DNA of 64,000 nucleotides from Schmidtea polychroa. Taxonomy: Eukaryota. The DNA lies in assembly GCA_044892525.1 (NCBI GenBank), contig CM097885.1:49974001-50038000 (forward strand), given 5' to 3'. The notes below the pieces were generated by a model, which saw nothing but the letters and a program-made list of their open reading frames with translations, was not told the DNA's origin and did not search any database. The translations under genes were made by a program, and so were the position numbers. This document shows positions 1-13,025 of the stretch, in pieces; position 1 is the stretch's first letter, and each line of letters begins with the position of its first letter.

Positions 1-375
1 CAAGAAGTCAATAAAGAAAAGGATTTTAATAATTTATTCACAAAAATCAGCAGAAATGTTCGTGTAACAGTTATTTTCATAACACAAAATCTATTTCATC
101 AAGGTGGTACACATCGAACACGTAATTTAAATGTACAATATTGAGTTATTTTCAAGAATCCTAGAGATGCAACTGTCATTGGTTTTCTTGGACGACAAGC
201 ATACCCTAATGACCGTAATTTTCTTATCAATGCATTTCAAGATGCTACAAAAATACCGCATGGGTATATATTTCTCGATTTCACACAACAATGTCCTGGT
301 GATATACGGGTAAAAACAGATATTTTCAACCCAAAAGCTGCCATGGTTTATAAACAAAGTTCAAAAGAAAGTTGA
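1..375 (+). pseudogene. Maverick A32/FtsK-like packaging ATPase, C-terminal part (one frameshift near 140)
   Basis: Manual translation: LFTKISRNVRVTVIFITQNLFHQG..RTRNLNVQY/VIFKNPRD..LGRQAYP..AFQDATKIPHGYIFLDFTQ. These are typical Polinton ATPase motifs (ITQNLF, FKNPRD). Confidence 0.9.
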
Positions 376-388
376 AAACATATAAATC

Positions 389-883
389 ATGTTTTCAAAA
401 ACAAGGATATCAGGTAAAAAACAACCTAAAGTTCCACCAACAACTAGTTATACTCCATCTAAAGAACTTATTACCGAAAATATTTCTGCAATGAATCTTA
501 TTTCGAAAAATCCTAAACCTAAACCTAAAAGTAAAACCACTAAGAAAGTGAAAGTTGTTAAAAATCATCGGAATTTCCCGTTTTTCAATACATTGTTAAA
601 GGCACCAAGTATGAAAAGAAACAGTATTTTGCAATCATTTCCAAATTATGTTGTCGATGATTTACTCAATATTATACTTAAAGTAGTCAAAGGCAAGATT
701 AAAATCAGTAAATCTAAAAAGCAATTATTGAGTAAACATAGGAAACCTTTGCTATCATTAGTAAATAATAAAAATCGTCAACAAATGAGAAAAATTATAT
801 ATAAACAACAAAAGGGATTTATCGGTGCATTGATGCCTTTAGCAATATCATTATTAGGTGGAATAATAGGAAGTCGATCATAA
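389..883 (+). CDS. Lys-rich putative virion core protein (pVII-like) of the Maverick
   Basis: 164-aa basic ORF ending QQKGFIGALMPLAISLLGGII, similar to the QxGGF-type C-terminus of Polinton core proteins; lies between ATPase and integrase. Confidence 0.7.
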   Translation: MFSKTRISGKKQPKVPPTTSYTPSKELITENISAMNLISKNPKPKPKSKTTKKVKVVKNHRNFPFFNTLLKAPSMKRNSILQSFPNYVVDDLLNIILKVVKGKIKISKSKKQLLSKHRKPLLSLVNNKNRQQMRKIIYKQQKGFIGALMPLAISLLGGIIGSRS

Positions 884-944
884 ACAATGGGTGCTAATCC
901 TTCATTACCCGACATTAAATTTAATATTAAATCGTTTTGTTGTA

Positions 945-2074
<1,130 letters not shown>

Positions 2075-2078
<4 letters not shown>

Positions 2079-3075
2079 ATCTTTATACTATTTTACCAAG
2101 CAATAGTTGCCCATTAATTCATCCAGATATTCAAGCCAGCAAATTCATGGCCAATCTCCAGAATCCGATTTCTTTAAATGGTGACTGAGAAGTTGCACTG
2201 CAAGATTTTACATTCGTGTACAACACATTTCCATTTTATAGTCAATTTAAGATTGATTTCAAAAGGAATTTGTGGAAACATAAAGCGGTATCTTAGTTAA
2301 TAGTAATTTTTATAAAACATCATATTCCGAATCAAATATTAGATCCGCATTGCTATATGTTTTACAATGATGGATTAAATATCAGTTGTGATTTTAAACC
2401 ATTTACAATAACATTCGAAAATATTGAAGATGCCAAACGAATGGGTTGAAAAACAAAGTTATGGAAACATCTTATTTATTATGCTTTTATTTATTTGAAG
2501 CAAACAGTGTAATGAAAGAAGAAATCAAAATATCCTTGTCATATAATAATGAAGTTGAAGAATCATTCACCTTTGCTGACGAATTATATATTGATAAACT
2601 TGATGTGTTACTTAAATATTTAAAGTACAATTCACACATATTTAAAAATTTGGAAATTGTGAAAGATTTGTTATTTACCTTCAGTTTGAATGATGACATT
2701 TACGAAGTTACACTTGATAAAATTTTGACAAATACAATTGGATTAGAGAAGCAACAATATCGGGAAAAATCGGCTGGTATACGTAAACCAAGAATACGTG
2801 AACATCATCAACAAATGTTCATATATACTCATATTATTGAGCCCATCATTGTTGGTGATTCCAGTGTTCCTCTTTTGAAATCGGTGTGGATTGGAAGATA
2901 TGAACACGACAAAGTTGTTAATATAAATATAGATAATCCTATGTATTTACCAATTTCAAGTTCATGTATAAACAATATAGAAATAAATATTCGTGACGAT
3001 AGTGGAAAACTAATAAACTTTCCGAAAGATTCGAAAACTCATTTGACATTACATTTTCGTAAAGTAGATGGCTAA
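2075..3075 (+). pseudogene. Maverick minor capsid (penton), disrupted
   Basis: N-terminus (V/M)NLYTILPSNS..L.G.*EVAL and C-terminus MFIYTHIIEPIIVGDSSVPLL..PMYLP..IEINIRDDSGKLINF..HLTLHFRK are characteristic of Polinton minor capsids. Confidence 0.88.
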
Positions 3076-3412
3076 TTCAGATATTATTAGTATGTATAGT
3101 GATAGCCAATCTGGCGGTGAATTACCATATTTCGTTGGTAAACAGTACGGATCAGGTTGGTTAAAAACAATAGGGAGATTTGCACTTCATAGTTTTGGCA
3201 TGTAAACTGCTAAAGATGGAATTATGAATGAACAGAAAATATTACCATTCCTAAAAACAAATACTTTAGCTGAGTTAGGTAAGGTTCTACCTGGAGTTGC
3301 TGGTATGTTTCAAAAAGATGCGCCTCCAGCCCCAGCTCCAAAACGTAAATGACATGGAATATCGCGTATAAACAAATGAATGAAAGGACATGGAACTATA
3401 TTTGCAAAATGA
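3068..3412 (+). pseudogene. Small Maverick virion protein (pX/PZ-like), disrupted
   Basis: MANSDIISMYSDSQSGGELPYFVGKQYGSGWLKTIGRFA... with QxGG/QxGxG motifs; ends KGHGTIFAK* overlapping the hexon ATG. Confidence 0.7.
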
Positions 3413-4440
3413 TTTGTGGTAAATTCGAATTATGTATATTTGATAGACCATCGCCTCAAGCGGTAATCGAATTTGGGGCCATTGAGGAAGTTTTTCCTAT
3501 GAATTCAATTACTGATAGTAGAAATGATATCGAGTTTTATATTAATAGTTCGCAAACTGAATATTTAGATTTGAACGATACTTTATTGTCTGTTCAGATC
3601 AAGGTTGTAGATAAAGATAGATAGGTTTTGGATGCCAATGCGGATGTATTACCAAACAATTTCCTGTTTCATACTCTGTTTAAAGATGCAGTGTTGGTAT
3701 TTAATAATATCAAGATTGACGGCGGAAATAATACATTCATTCACAAGGTTTTGATAGAAACTATTTTAAGTTACAATTCCGATATTAAAAATACATGTCT
3801 TACACCTATGGGTTATGCAGCAACAGATGATGAAAGAAAAAAGTAGGTTAGAGGTTCAAAATTATTCACTATGTGCTCATCATTACAACTCGATTTTATG
3901 GATCAACCGAAATATTTACTTCCAGGAGTTAATGTACACATTAGACTGAAAAGGTCCGATTCTGCATTATCTCTTACTAGTGCAACTGGTGCACCAATAT
4001 GCCAATTAGTTGATGCAAAATTATTGGTGAGAAGAGTTCGAGTGGACCTATCAGTATTAGCTGGTCATCAATTGGGTCTTAATTCAAAACATGCAATTTA
4101 TCCTTTAAAAACAAAGGAAATTTGCTATTGCTAAAGGTGCTTCATCATTCTATAAAGAACAAATATTTGGTGACATAAGAATGCCTAATTTTTATTCTGG
4201 TAACATTTCAAAGTGAAACGCAATATAATGCGTCTTATACTGCTTGCAGCTCAATTTTCAAAAACTTTGGTGTTACTTCATTGTCTTTGTCGAAAAATAC
4301 TGATTATAGAGAAACATATACTCAAGATTTCGAAAGTGAAAATTACTGTGCGACATATATGCAGAGTTTTATTAGAAATCTGGGTTATTTAGATAAAAAC
4401 TTGAATTGTGGAATAACTCTAGAAGAATTTACACATTTTC
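3409..4440 (+). pseudogene. Maverick major capsid (hexon/double jelly-roll), 3'-truncated at 4440
   Basis: MICGKFELCIF, TEYLDLNDTLL, PNNFLFHTLF, DFMDQPKYLLPGVNVHIRLKRS, AKLLVRRVRV, NCGITLEEF, then an abrupt end; several stops and frameshifts. Confidence 0.9.
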
Positions 4441-5306
4441 AGTAGATGGATTGGGCACCGCAAAACTAGGTCACCGCAAGACCACATTTCCCACCCTCCC
4501 CCAGCCACCAAAAATTAAAAAAATTTCTAAGTCTAAAAGTACATTTTTTCAAGGTCAATTTTTAAACAAAGACATATGACTCATCAAGGTCGTTTCAAGG
4601 TCGCGTGACTCATCCAAGGTCATTCCCAAGGTCATATGACTCATCATGATGAATCATCAAGGTCATATTATTATTTTTTAAAAATATTATTTTTTATTAT
4701 TATTTTTCAAAAATATTATTAAGTGGTCTTGCGGTGACCTGGTTTTCGTTTGGCCAAAGGTTATCGTTCCCATCATTTTATTTCATCGATCGATAGCTTA
4801 TTTTGAAGCTTGGTGCAAGACCCTTCGAATGAGCTATTGAAGGTATCATCATCATTAATATTGACATAGTTATTAACATTTTACCAAAAATCATTTTCAA
4901 GGTCATATAATTATTATTATTTTTCAAAATATTATTAAGTGGTCTTGCAGTGACCTGGTTTTCGTTTGCCCAAAAGTTATCGTTCCCATTATCCGAATTT
5001 ATTAATAGCTTATTTTGAAGCTTAGTGCAAGATTTATCTATTGATATATAAATATTATTATTATCATTAATATTGACAAAGTTATTAACGTTTTCCCGAG
5101 ATCATTTTCAAGGTTATTTGAATATTTTATTATTATTTTTTCAAGTTCATTTATTTTTTCAAGGTCATATTATTAATTTAAAAAATATTATTATTTTCTA
5201 AGTTTTATTATTATTATTAGTATTAATATATATACTCCGAGTTTATCCGACAAAATATTCTGTCCCCCTATGGGTAATGCTCATAAGGGTACTGCTCACG
5301 CTCAAC
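4441..5306 (+). repeat. Second Maverick-type terminus with subterminal repeats
   Basis: Starts AGTAG exactly where the hexon breaks. The terminal motif AAAACTAGGTCACCGCAAGACCAC recurs inverted at ~4723-4746 and ~4939-4962, and a ~215-bp unit is duplicated (4720-4935 / 4936-5150). Confidence 0.6.
4549..4665. promoter_or_regulatory. Dense cluster of AP-1-like (TGACTCA) and NR5A/FTZ-F1/ERR-like (YCAAGGTCR) sites
   Basis: TGACTCA at 4577, 4606, 4637; YCAAGGTCR at 4549, 4584, 4595, 4614, 4626, 4657, with more near 4897 and 5159. Confidence 0.45.
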
Positions 5307-5469
5307 AAATCAACAAAACATACATTTATTTAAACAATAAAATAATTTAAAATTAACAAAGGTAAACTAAATATTGATGTACTAGTATTCGCAGCAATAT
5401 TGTTTGAAATTGGTAACGTTGAATTGATTTTCAGATATTCTATTGATGCTTTGATTGTTTGAATTTCTC

Positions 5470-5828
5470 TTAATAATAATTCAATCTTTTTAACAAATAA
5501 TCATGCTTCTTATCAATAATCTTCATATTCTTTTTATTTTCAACAATAGAGTTATTGAAAACTTCAATATGATCAATGAATTTAATTTTTATATTTTGTA
5601 TATATGCAAATGATAGTTCATAACTGTTTTCTAAATTCTCCAATCTTTGAGATATTCTTTTTCCCGATGCTTTGACCATTTTGGTTTGTCGAGAATATAT
5701 AAAATATCCATCAACTTGGCTGTATTCGAACAAACACATATTGATTTATTAAAAGACTCCACTGTTATTGTTGTATTGTGTGAGCACACACTCGTTATAA
5801 TAATTAGCAATATGAATATAGTTTTCAT
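5470..5828 (-). pseudogene. Putative secreted accessory protein (signal peptide, CxC, coiled-coil-like tail), frameshifted
   Basis: ORF 5631-5828 starts MKTIFILLIIITSVCS and appears to continue by frameshift into the 5470-5739 frame (QRLENLENSYELSF...). Confidence 0.45.
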
Positions 5829-5931
5829 GGTGTATCAAATCAAAACTTGTTTTACATTTATAGTCTATCAACCAATCAAAATCATACGGTATTAGTATAA
5901 ATAAAACATCATATTTTAAATTATTGAAGAA

Positions 5932-6447
5932 ATGTCGCAACCAAATTTTATTGAAAATCTTTTAAGCTAAGTATCAACAGGAAGATTGTGGAAAGCCTCA
6001 GTTTCCTGGTCGACCGGACCGAAAAGATTATCGAAGGAAATCATATCGATTAGGAAGATATGCTCAAATCCGATTGCCTTGAAACGAAAAAATTCTATTT
6101 TCATAGGATTTTTACCTGCCTATGTGACGATTAGATGAAGTGGACCCGAATACTAGTAGGGTTCGCTTATATGAAGATCATAATAGAACAAAGTTTATGG
6201 GACTCGGAACATTTTATCAGTGGTCTCAAGAAGTAATACTTTTATAATCTATATTTTAATAATATTTATTTTTTAGATAATCAAGTCAAAGTTTCAAACA
6301 TGGATTGAAGCCAATGGCGGATGGGGTGTACTGAATCAACTCGCCAGAAATGCAAAGGAAATCGACGAGCACAAAATGAAATTTAAAAACTATGTAAAAC
6401 TTGCAACAGGTGTTGCTATTTTATGTTTTATCCCGAATTTTAAATAA
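5932..6447 (+). pseudogene. Bcl-2 family homolog carried by the Maverick; 44-bp GT-AG intron 6233-6276, two TAG stops and frameshifts
   Basis: Manual translation: BH3-like IVESLSFLVDRTE; BH1-like IFTCLCDD*MKWTRILVGFAY; helix 6/BH2 FYQWSQE|IIKSKFQTWIEANGGWGVL (same W-x11-W-x4-GGW spacing as Bcl-xL); hydrophobic tail KLATGVAILCFIPNFK*. Confidence 0.8.
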
Positions 6448-6524
6448 AAATTAATATAGTTATTTTGTTTGATTTTTAAATAAAATTTTAAATAAATATA
6501 CAAACAATAATTAACTAAAATTTA

Positions 6525-6874
6525 TTAATTAACACATTCGCAGTCGTCATCTCCACATTTCATTATATTTTCAACGACATGATCAATACAATCATTCGTA
6601 ATATTATCTTTAGGTTCATCTATAGGTTCATAGATTTCCTCATCAATTTCTTGAGTATCCATTTCTTGAGTTTCTTCCTCATCATCAAATCCTGAATCTT
6701 GACTCTCAACTATCCAGCCGATATTTAAAGCATTTGTAATAGATAATATGTCTTCAATTTTTACACCAGCTATTTCTGCTAACTTTTCCAACAAAAAGTT
6801 GATTACAAATTCTAAATAATAAATAATTCGGTAATTAATTAATCATGTTAACCTTTTTCTGCAGTCATTTTCAT
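6525..6874 (-). CDS. Small acidic accessory protein, two exons (intron 6812-6852)
   Basis: MKMTAEK-E splices in frame through a 41-bp GT..AG intron to FVINFLLEKLAEIAG...DSGFDDEEETQE...CGDDDCECVN*. Confidence 0.55.
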
Positions 6875-7000
6875 CACTTTAATACTATATTATAAGTTTG
6901 TTTATAGATTTTCTTTGTTAAATTTGCATGTCATTTGCATTTATGTTGCAATTAATAAAGAGAAAAACAAATATGACTAATACATTTATTAAATATAACA

Positions 7001-7243
7001 TTAAAATATTTGTGAAAGTCTAGCAGACATAATTTTCCAAATAGGAGAATATACATCATTATTATCAACTTTATATCCCTGGATTTCAATTGTTATATAC
7101 CAATTTTCATTTTCTTTGAAACTGATTTCATCAAAAGCATCATAAAATCTTGCATATCTGTTGTTGAACCATGCATGTTGATTACACGATAGATTCGAAT
7201 CTAACCGTTTAAAAATATCATCAATAGTTTTGACATCAATCAT
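7001..7243 (-). CDS. Hypothetical accessory protein, probably 5'-truncated
   Basis: 80-aa ORF with protein-like composition, followed by AATAAA on the minus strand; no recognised motif. Confidence 0.35.
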   Translation of the reverse strand: MIDVKTIDDIFKRLDSNLSCNQHAWFNNRYARFYDAFDEISFKENENWYITIEIQGYKVDNNDVYSPIWKIMSARLSQIF

Positions 7244-7302
7244 TGAAAGCGTGCCGGATAAGAATTGAAATTTAGTTGGAATTAGCTTGATTGGTGCACC
7301 AG

Positions 7303-8627
7303 ATGTATAACTTTTTCGAGGGCGGTATCCGTGGCGGACTAACTTTTGTAAATAAACACTATGTAAAAACAGACCTGGATACCGCTTTGCATACCTTACA
7401 GTGACCTGGAATGGGTTACAGATGATAATTTATTAAATAATATAAGTGTTGAGTGCACAACGGTAGATTTAGATCTGCTTGATTATGGTTATACCATAGA
7501 AGTGGATTTAGAAATACCGACGTCAATTCACGACAAACTGGACGATCTTCCCGTTGCCGCTGAAAAGATGTGTGTACCGGGTTCGAAAATGGAGAAGCTG
7601 TTGCTTACACAGAGCCCCAAGAGGAACTACGTTCTTCATTGGAGGCTTCTGCAAATATTTATTAAATTAGGTGTTAAAATATCAAAAACACATAGAGCAA
7701 TTAAATTTAACAAGATAACATTTTCAAAAATTATATAAACCAAATACGGCGTTACGAGCAGCGTCGACAAATAAACTCGATAAAAATTTTTATAAATTAT
7801 TAAACAACAGTCTTTACGGCAAGACTGTTGAAAATCTTAAAAAACATATTAATTTACGTTTGTGTAATTCTTCACAGAAATTATTAACATTCTGTTCAAA
7901 ACCGACTTTTCGTAAATCCACGAAAATCGATGATGACTTGATTTCGGTTTTACTGAGGAAGGATTGCATCTGTTTGAATAGACCTAGTTACATTGGTCAA
8001 ACTGTACTAGATTTATCCAACCTTAGGATGTACCAGCTGCAGTATTAAGAGTTGCAAAAATATCGCGACGAATTCAACTGCGAAATTAATATCGTTGCTG
8101 GGGACACAGATTCCTTCTTGTTGGAAATTAAACATTATAGTCTTGACATTCTTTTACCTGCGATGATTAGAGATCAATTATTAGATACTTCGAATTATGA
8201 CCCAAATCATCCTTTATATAGTAGGAACCTTGATTCTGTCATTGGAAAGTTCAAAGACGAGAATAAAGGTCTTAAATATAAGGAGTAGGTTTTTCTTAGG
8301 CCAAAGTGTTGTAGTTTGTTAGGTGATGACGAGACTAAAAAAGCTAAAGGAGTAACATTGAAAGGTAGTGACATAAAACATCAGTCGTACCTGGATAATT
8401 ATAACACTAATCAAATTTTTTCTATACCGCAAACTAAAATAACTAGCAAAAATCACCAGTTATTCACCATAAAAAATGAAAAAACTGCACTTACCAACGC
8501 AGATGATAAAAGGGTTTGGGTGGGGAAAAATAAAAGTTATGCATATGGGCATTATATGGGAGGTGACTCATGCTGTTCAATAATTCGATCCGGATCCATC
8601 CTTCTCGCAATTCAAAGAATCAGCTGA
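7303..8627 (+). pseudogene. Protein-primed family B DNA polymerase (Maverick PolB), C-terminal half; motif A deleted
   Basis: MYNFFEGGIRGG; GYTIEVDLEIP..HDKLDDLPVAAE; motif B FYKLLNNSLYGKTVEN; motif C AGDTDSF; IGKFKDE; LRPKC; KKAKGV; DDKR. Confidence 0.92.
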
Positions 8628-10265
8628 AGATATAACAGATGTTATTTAAATAAATCTTTATTAAAATCTTTGTTTTTATTGATTTTCTTTAGAATTAAAT
8701 ATATAATAAGTATGACTAATATATGTTTATACTTTGAACATTTTTGTCTCAGTTTGCATAAATTAGTAAAAAAACGAGTATTAAGAATAATAGATAAGAA
8801 TTAATAATTTAAATTTACACTAAAATAAATTAAATAACAAAATAAAAAAAATTAATAAAGAAATAAAATTATAGTAATTAATTAATTAAATAAAAATAAT
8901 GAAATAAAAGGAAATGATTAATGAAAATATTTGTTAACTTCTGATTAATTATTGAGTATTTAGGGGGGGGGTACCAAAATCCGGCAGGGAGCTCACATCA
9001 TACTACTGTTAAAGCTTCCAGTAAAAAGATTATCCGAAAGATTGGAATTTAGAAAATCTATTATTTGAATATATATATTGATTGTCATATACTTTCAGAA
9101 CGTGTAAATAATATTATAAAATCACATCTTTATTTAGAATAATACAATTACATAATTATAATAATATTAATTCACAAAATGGATAAATCAATTTCCCAAT
9201 TGAAGATCTCACGATTAAAGTTGTCATAAGAATTCTGAATAAAAATAATTAATAGAAACAATTTATTTTCAAAATATTAATTTTTATAAATATTTCTTAT
9301 AAAATAACACCGACTTACAATAAGTTGTACTATTTACATTCAACATTACACACGACCACGCTCCACATGTGAAATTTCAAGTGTTGGTTTTGAAAAAGAC
9401 ACAATTTTCAGTTCTCTAACAAAATCCTTTGTGATGAGAACTGTTTTTCATTTCTCTAGTACTTTTGCACATTCTGTGATGTCCATGTCTTATGCTTGAA
9501 GCATTTTACTAACAAAATTGATTTGAAAAAAATATATAATAGCCAACAATTAAAGAGACTTTATATATGAAATAATTTATATAGTCTATTAGTGATAGAG
9601 AGGTAAAAGTGTCTTGAACATTGCCAACTTCATAACTAGAAGCTGTTAGACTAATTATTTTTGTTCCAAACCTTGTTGCTCAGAGGTTTTTTAAGATTTG
9701 CATGTTTACAGTTAAAATCTTCCATCGATTGACTGAAACTGAGAATAGTGTGAAAAAACTTTAAAGAATAACTAAAAAAGTTGTATATATCACTATAGAC
9801 TGTGCAAAGTCGAATATTATGAATATAAATGAATATAAATTATAATAATATTTATAATAATTTTAATAAAATATATATCTGTTATATCTCTGAATATCTA
9901 ACACATTAATAAATTGTTTAAAGAAACCAAAATTTTGTAAAAAAATTTGAAGTTGTTACTGGACGGACTTTTACTTGTTCTTTTAACGGATAAAATTTTC
10001 GTTATCTAAAATTTTATTGCAATCTATTAAAAATAATGAATATTTAGAATTAATGAATGAAAACGCTATAATCGAGGATACAGCAAAGAAAGTCAAAGGT
10101 TCTCCAAATAATAAATGTAAGCTTCAAAATGTAAGTAAATCATCAAGTCATAGAATAGATGATTTCATTTTTTAACAAGTAAAATAAACTGTGTCGAAAA
10201 TTTGTGTTAGATAAGAAAAAAAATATATTTTTAAACTTGGAAAATTTATATTTAAATAACATAAT

Positions 10266-10559
10266 CAGTGCCGGTTCTAGGAGTTTTCTGTGTGTAGGTA
10301 AGATGCAAATTTTCCCCTGCAAAAATAAAAAAATCTGTAATTTTTAAATTGAAGAAAAATAGAAAAACACTGAATATCTGAACTTAATACATATATTTGT
10401 ATTTTAATACGAAAAAATAAACAAAATTCAGTTTTATTTTCAAGATTTCGACCCCAACCCAAAATAAACATTTTATTTTTCTTGTTGGAATTGACAAAAA
10501 AATTAGAAAATGCCGCCTTCGAAAAGTGCCGCCGTTGCCTACGCTTATGACCGGGCCTG
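10266..10559. mobile_element. hAT-type MITE
   Basis: Ends CAGTGCCGG / CCGGGCCTG; perfect 8-bp TSD AACATAAT on both sides. Confidence 0.8.
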
Positions 10560-12319
10560 AACATAATACAAATATAAAAAGTACATCAATAAAATATTAT
10601 AGAGATAAATAGGTCCTACATTGATTGTTATCCAGGATAATAATTTTACTAAAAAGTTTCAATTTTCACAATATAAAATTTAATATAAAACAATAATTAT
10701 TTACCGATTTTGACATCTTATTCTTTTAGTGACAATCTTAACATTGTGAGCTTACCACTGTCTCAAATATACTACTTTGAGCTTAATTTGATGAAAAATA
10801 TAACTACTTACTTAATATTTGATTGTCCTGGAGTAGAGATAGAATTAGCTAACGATTCTGCAATTAAAATATATTTAATTCAAAAAATTTAATTGATCAA
10901 AAATTATATAAAATCTTGTAATCTCACAAAATAATATAAAATCTTGGATTTCAAATAACTTACAAATAGTAAATTTACTTTTTTCTACAATATGAAATAA
11001 GAAGTGTGAATTGAGATCAAATTAAGCCAACAATCGATAAGATGCATATGGAAGGTAAAATAGAAGTTCTGATAAAAGAGTTAAAAAATAAAAAGAGCTA
11101 ATTGTAAAAGTTGAAAATGTTTGGTGACTAATAATGTAATTATTAATTAATCGTTTTTATTTAAACTTAAGATTTCTTGAAAATCTGATGATGTTTAAAT
11201 ATTTATTGGCATTTTATCGTTCTTAGTTCGCCTTTTCATAGAATTTTTTCTGTCATTTGTGCATTGTTTTGAGGTCTAGAACCTGGTCATGAATTTTGTC
11301 CTTACACACTTGACATGAACATCATGACAGAGTAAATATCAAATACTATTTAAAATTTTAAAAGTAAAATTCTTTAATGTTATCAACAATAGTGTAGCGT
11401 GTGTTTCATAGTTTTGCGTGCCGTCAAATTATAAAAGATACATATTGCAGACGCAATGGGGAGGAGAGGTCCTCTTCCTCGAACAATTTTTAAATTTTAG
11501 TTGTAAATAACGTTTTATAAATTAAGTTAAATACAGTAAAATTTAATGAAAATATTTTAGTACAGAGCAAATATTTTAGATTTGGCTTCTTATAACGGAT
11601 GCGTTTGGATATACAGTACACGTTATGCCCTTACCAGTTAGTAGTGACAAGCGAGGAGTATAGACCAAGCCAAATATCTCAGGATAGTAGGTAGTTAGTA
11701 GCTTACCGCAGCAATTACCCCCCCCGGGGGGGGGGGGGGTCTGCTGCAACTTTTTTTTGCTCCAACTTTTGAATACGCAATTGCTGCAACTCACATTTTT
11801 TGCTTTCAGGGATTTTTAGTCCAAATTTTTTTTTCAGACTATAGTGAGGGTCCTGGGATTTTCAATACAAAAAAAAATTTTTTTTAATAGAAAAAGGTGG
11901 TCTTCAATAAAAAACGTGGTAAATTTTTCAATTAAAGTAAATTAAGGTCTAAAATTTTCAATTAAAGTAAATTATGGTCCTAAAAAATTAAATTAAATTA
12001 AATCAAGGTCCAAAATTTTAAATTAAAGTAAATTATGGTTCAAATAATTAAATTAAGGTTCAAAAAAAATTAAATTAAAGTTAATTAAGGTTCAAAATTT
12101 AAAATTAAGTAATCAATGGTAAAAAATTTTAAATTAAAATTAAATAAGTAAATTAAAGTAAGATTTTTAAATTTATTAACAAAAAGTTGGAATAATAGTA
12201 GGTGTTTGAGAATTGAAATTTTTTAATGAAATTTTTATGAAATAATTTTTTTAAGTAATTTTTAATGAAAATTTTTATGAAATATTTTTCAAAGACAAAT
12301 TTTAATAATAATTCAACAA

Positions 12320-13025
12320 CAAACCAAACAACTTAGTTCCAACAACCTGTAACTTACGAACATGTATTTACAACCAGATACCTACAACTATATACTAACA
12401 ACCAGTTACCTGATACTAAGTACCTACAACCACCTACCAAGTACTAACAACCAAGTACTAACAACCAAGTACAAGATACTGAGTACCAAGTACCTACAAC
12501 TAGATACTATCAACCAAAAACATGCAACCAACTAGGTACCTGATACCAGCTAATCACAACCGAAAACAACCAGGTACTAAGCATTATCAACCAACTACCT
12601 ACAACCACCTAACAAGTACTAACAACCAAAAACAAGCAACCAACTAACTACCAGATACCAACTACTCACAACCGTCAACAACCAGGTAATAAGCATTATC
12701 AACCAACTAAATACTAAGTACTAACAACCAAAAACAAACAACCAACTAGGTACCAGATACCAACTACTCACGACCGTCAACAACCAGGTACTAAGCATCT
12801 TCAACCAACTACTAAGTACCTACAACCACCTACTAGATACCTACAACTAGTTACTAACAACCACCTACCAAGTACTAACAAACAAAAACAACCAACCAAC
12901 TAGGTACTAGATACCAAGTACTAACAACCCACAACAACCAGGTATTAATCATTATCAACCAAGTACTAACAACTAGATACCTAGTACTAAGCACTGTCAA
13001 CTAGATACCAAGTACTTACAACCAG
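12320..13025 (+). repeat. Degenerate A/C-rich short-unit repeat (ACAACC/GTACTA/GATACC shuffles)
   Basis: Many recurrences of GTACTAACAACC, CAACTAGATACC and AACCAACTAC; similar patches at 14210-14640 and the complement at 20790-21090. Confidence 0.8.

Noticed and set aside
9310..9720. Possible Cys-containing host exons on the minus strand
   Set aside because: In-frame stops and no recognisable domain; could not build a gene model.
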